From assembly GCA_001600815.1 (NCBI GenBank), contig BCKZ01000009.1, positions 88,194 through 152,193 on the forward strand: a DNA stretch of 64,000 bases, given 5' to 3'. The notes beneath the pieces were generated by a model that did not search any database, had not been told where the DNA came from, and saw nothing but the letters and a program-made list of their open reading frames with translations. Both the position numbers and the translations under genes were made by a program. Shown here piece by piece: positions 62,401 to 64,000 of the stretch (position 1 is its first letter; every line of letters begins with the position of its first letter). The DNA is from Alloascoidea hylecoeti. Lineage: Eukaryota.

Positions 62401-62508
62401 TTCGAGAAAGAAGCTGGTAGTGATAAATGGGTATTAATCGAGGGTGAGAAGAGTTACTGGAATAGAAGAAAGCGTAGTGATTGGGGAGATTTGTTAAATC
62501 TATGGTAA
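59434..62508 (+). CDS. OSH3: oxysterol-binding protein homolog 3 (GOLD, PH, FFAT, ORD)
   Basis: FDNTFS, LLKKRRKKHQGYVRRYF, EEFFDAEE, RKPFNPLLGETFE. Confidence 0.93.
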   Translation: METLEIHSKAFLLKWVNASPGQTIHWQLKPSKKSINFGLYTHSEDDATPPVQPVPDAEKSMPSSYLSDNLAKAGLQLVIWNGKCLSNELVKGSYKVPFSSNKEKKTFALVFDNTFSRNTAKTVLFSQHVENEILDNASGRNTAANDDAESVATKRSRRQTMTSSIVPETPIPLDNPQLSSEQFISAKGGRLVSAFLLKKRRKKHQGYVRRYFTLDYRHCVLNYYLNEKTSQLRGSMHLKLAAISAKKNSKEIIVDSGMEIWNLKAISDDEWNMWVKALELARLGASAFPDNNTPSVNLTDLLEQLQLANKSNGHKKSGEPTILVNGQDIIDPGIKKLEALYNNLEYAKNLSLLLTSELDSGRKTHQSEEGDEQQHHDETQQDDDEQAQDGAPKLTHKNSFWKRKSRRASSVSSQPPGTPTSPTSTIPDTSNSAIRSAYFDPTVPPVPSIPKEYAHLISPNSENFSKEQTDSSLSPKSVRSEQPQSKPRSKTLSSKPVNIQNDGKSTLQNISIDTLERSGVLCNLLITLSNQLKDIIDEKKDKDQTASRIINKLSRRTSTRDSFMNEEFFDAEEIFEDASDGNGVFLIPDEADDARSNNESVYMTGDSDGDDDAESRIEIPQAAAYSSGEQKLDLSPLPISKAIHRRKDINPSTSTPPSLLSFLRKNVGKDLSSIAMPVTANEPLTLLQRFTEQMEFVNLIDDAVSCNDATTGEKILRVASFAVTCLANNRSNQRAARKPFNPLLGETFELVREDLGFRLIAEKVCHKPVIVAFHAESEKWTFSMTIEPGQKYWGKSVEIITKGLSVLTLRESGDVYQWEQPATFLRNIIAGEKYLEPVNTMQIKSSSGEKAIIEFQAGGMFSGRSEALDITARNDRDKKFPYSVSGKWTTELILHGAKKSEKQIWKPGPLIDKSEKKYGFGVFGASLNQITEIEKGKMAPTDSRNRPDQIAYENGDVDRAENLKLDLEEKQRVRRRENEEAGTQHVPKFFEKEAGSDKWVLIEGEKSYWNRRKRSDWGDLLNLW

Positions 62509-63130
62509 ATTAATGGACAATACTTTTGAAAAAAGAACTTGCAATTGTGTATCTTATTGGAATTTTTATTTTTTTATTTTACGATTTATATACTTTTATA
62601 TACAATAAAAACTATAGTTATAATTATATTGAATTGAATTATAAATGTATAAGCCTTATCGCTATAGCTCTGACTATCTTGATTAAGAAATGATAAAAAA
62701 TCAAATTTGTATTAACTGTGTTCGAAGTTGCCGATTGTATGATGTATCGGAGGATGAATTTCGTATTTGGAAGAATTGGGTTCGGGTTCCAACAGGCATT
62801 ATCAAATACATCCCCGAAATTCTTGAAGATCCCTTAAAAACTATCCGGGGTGGACCAAGGCTTCTAAGAGGGGGAAAGCTCTAATAAGTCGGAGAAAAAA
62901 TCAAAAATCAGAAAAAAAAAAGTGCATAGACTTATCGCTGAAACTTAAATATATTTGAAATTCATACCTATATTCACGCATTTCCGCATCAGGCTATGCA
63001 GGTTGACAGTATGCAGTTTTCAAAGTTTGAATGTTCAGCTGACTGAGGTGCAGTATAAACACCACAAAAAAGGCCCATAATTCACCTTTTCTCTTCTCGT
63101 GTAACTACACACAAAGTATCTGATTTTACT

Positions 63131-63568
63131 ATGGTTTTTAACAACTCAGCGCAAGTCCTGGGGGATAGAGATGGTCTTGCTCCGCTTAATGGTGAGGTAG
63201 ACGACTTTCTAAATGAATTGGTCCATCACCATTAGAATGAAGACACTGGCGGGGATACTACTGCAAGTGGTTCAGTTTTAGACTCTAACCACATAAGAGC
63301 GCAATTAGCTATAGGAAATCTTCCTAACAACTCTACACATATCCAAGAAGATAAAGATGATTATGAGGTGGACGTTCTAAATCCATTGGTACATAATTAT
63401 CAGAACGAAGACACTGGTGGGGATACTATGACTATAAGTGGTTCAGTTTTAGACTCTAACCACATAAGAGCACAATTAACTTTAGGAAATCATCCTAACA
63501 ACTCAGCACAAGTCCTGGGGGGTAGAGATAGTCCAGCTCCGGTTAATTATGATCGTGAGGTAGAGTAG
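63131..63568 (+). pseudogene. second copy of the 62-aa-repeat gene: two diverged repeats plus tail, single in-frame TAG at 63233-63235
   Basis: MVFNNSAQVLG...LVHHH*NEDTGGDT...; the frame is otherwise continuous and the equivalent codon in repeat 2 is CAG. Confidence 0.8.
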
Positions 63569-64000
63569 TTCTCATTTAATCGCGCGTGTATATATAAAGG
63601 ATATAAGTCTTAAATCGTAACTCTGTAAGCGTAATCAATTACAACATCAAAAAGCAGCCAGTTGATCTAAACTCATGGGTCGGGTGTTATTGCATCTCAG
63701 ATATTAATTATCTTTGATATGCTGCTGCCACCATTTTAATTACTTGAGTCGTAATGTGAGATATAATAAGAATTAAAGTATTAAGTAATTAGTTGGTGGG
63801 AATTAAGCCGCGTAGAGCTGTCGTATAAGTGTTTTAGGTTTTCAACCTTCAAAGTAATAATATGTTAAGGAGATACTTAGGTCTTGCAGGGAGAAAAAGT
63901 AGATATTGGTGATAACAAAATAGATATCCATGGTGGCTGAATAAACGGATTGTATCACTGTGAAACGAATGTTGCGGTCAATATTTGGCGAAACTAGTCT

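Noticed and set aside
62690..62884. 64-aa ORF with a purine tract resembling a retroelement PPT
   Set aside because: No TG-initiated LTR follows and no recognisable domain.
63233..63235. Stop-codon reassignment or readthrough
   Set aside because: TAG terminates other genes here, including this family; a CAG-to-TAG mutation is simpler.

Overview
AT-rich, intron-containing fungal DNA, most likely an early-diverging Saccharomycotina yeast (inferred from short GTAAGT/GTATGT...CTAAC...AG introns; CTG occurs at conserved Leu positions in KIN28, so CUG=Leu). The window has two compartments. The core block (~29.9-62.5 kb) is compact housekeeping DNA: RRP14, mitochondrial ALD, VTC1, SEC6, CENP-Q-like, RBM26-like, MRF1, KIN28, L2HGDH, MSS2, GPI10, ATG16, YML020W-like, OST3/6, Snapin-like and OSH3. 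The accessory, fast-turnover zones (1-29.5 kb and >62.6 kb) hold eight copies of an intronless beta-TrCP/FWD-1/Pof11-like F-box/WD40 gene (2 intact, 6 decayed). Most copies share 5' flank, and four are followed by a decayed convergent ORF. Between the two intact copies lies a small gene made of three identical 62-aa repeats, with a second copy at 63.1 kb. The zones also contain a young LTR retrotransposon family with 137-bp LTRs, transposon arms built from ~23-bp periodic subrepeats, a BRF1 fragment, PD-(D/E)xK-like relics and an orphan membrane glycoprotein. The best candidate for an undescribed system is the F-box cassette plus repeat-protein cluster. Its function (antidote, degron decoy or amyloid signalling) is hypothesis only. 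All homology calls are from recognition of motifs by eye, not database searches.
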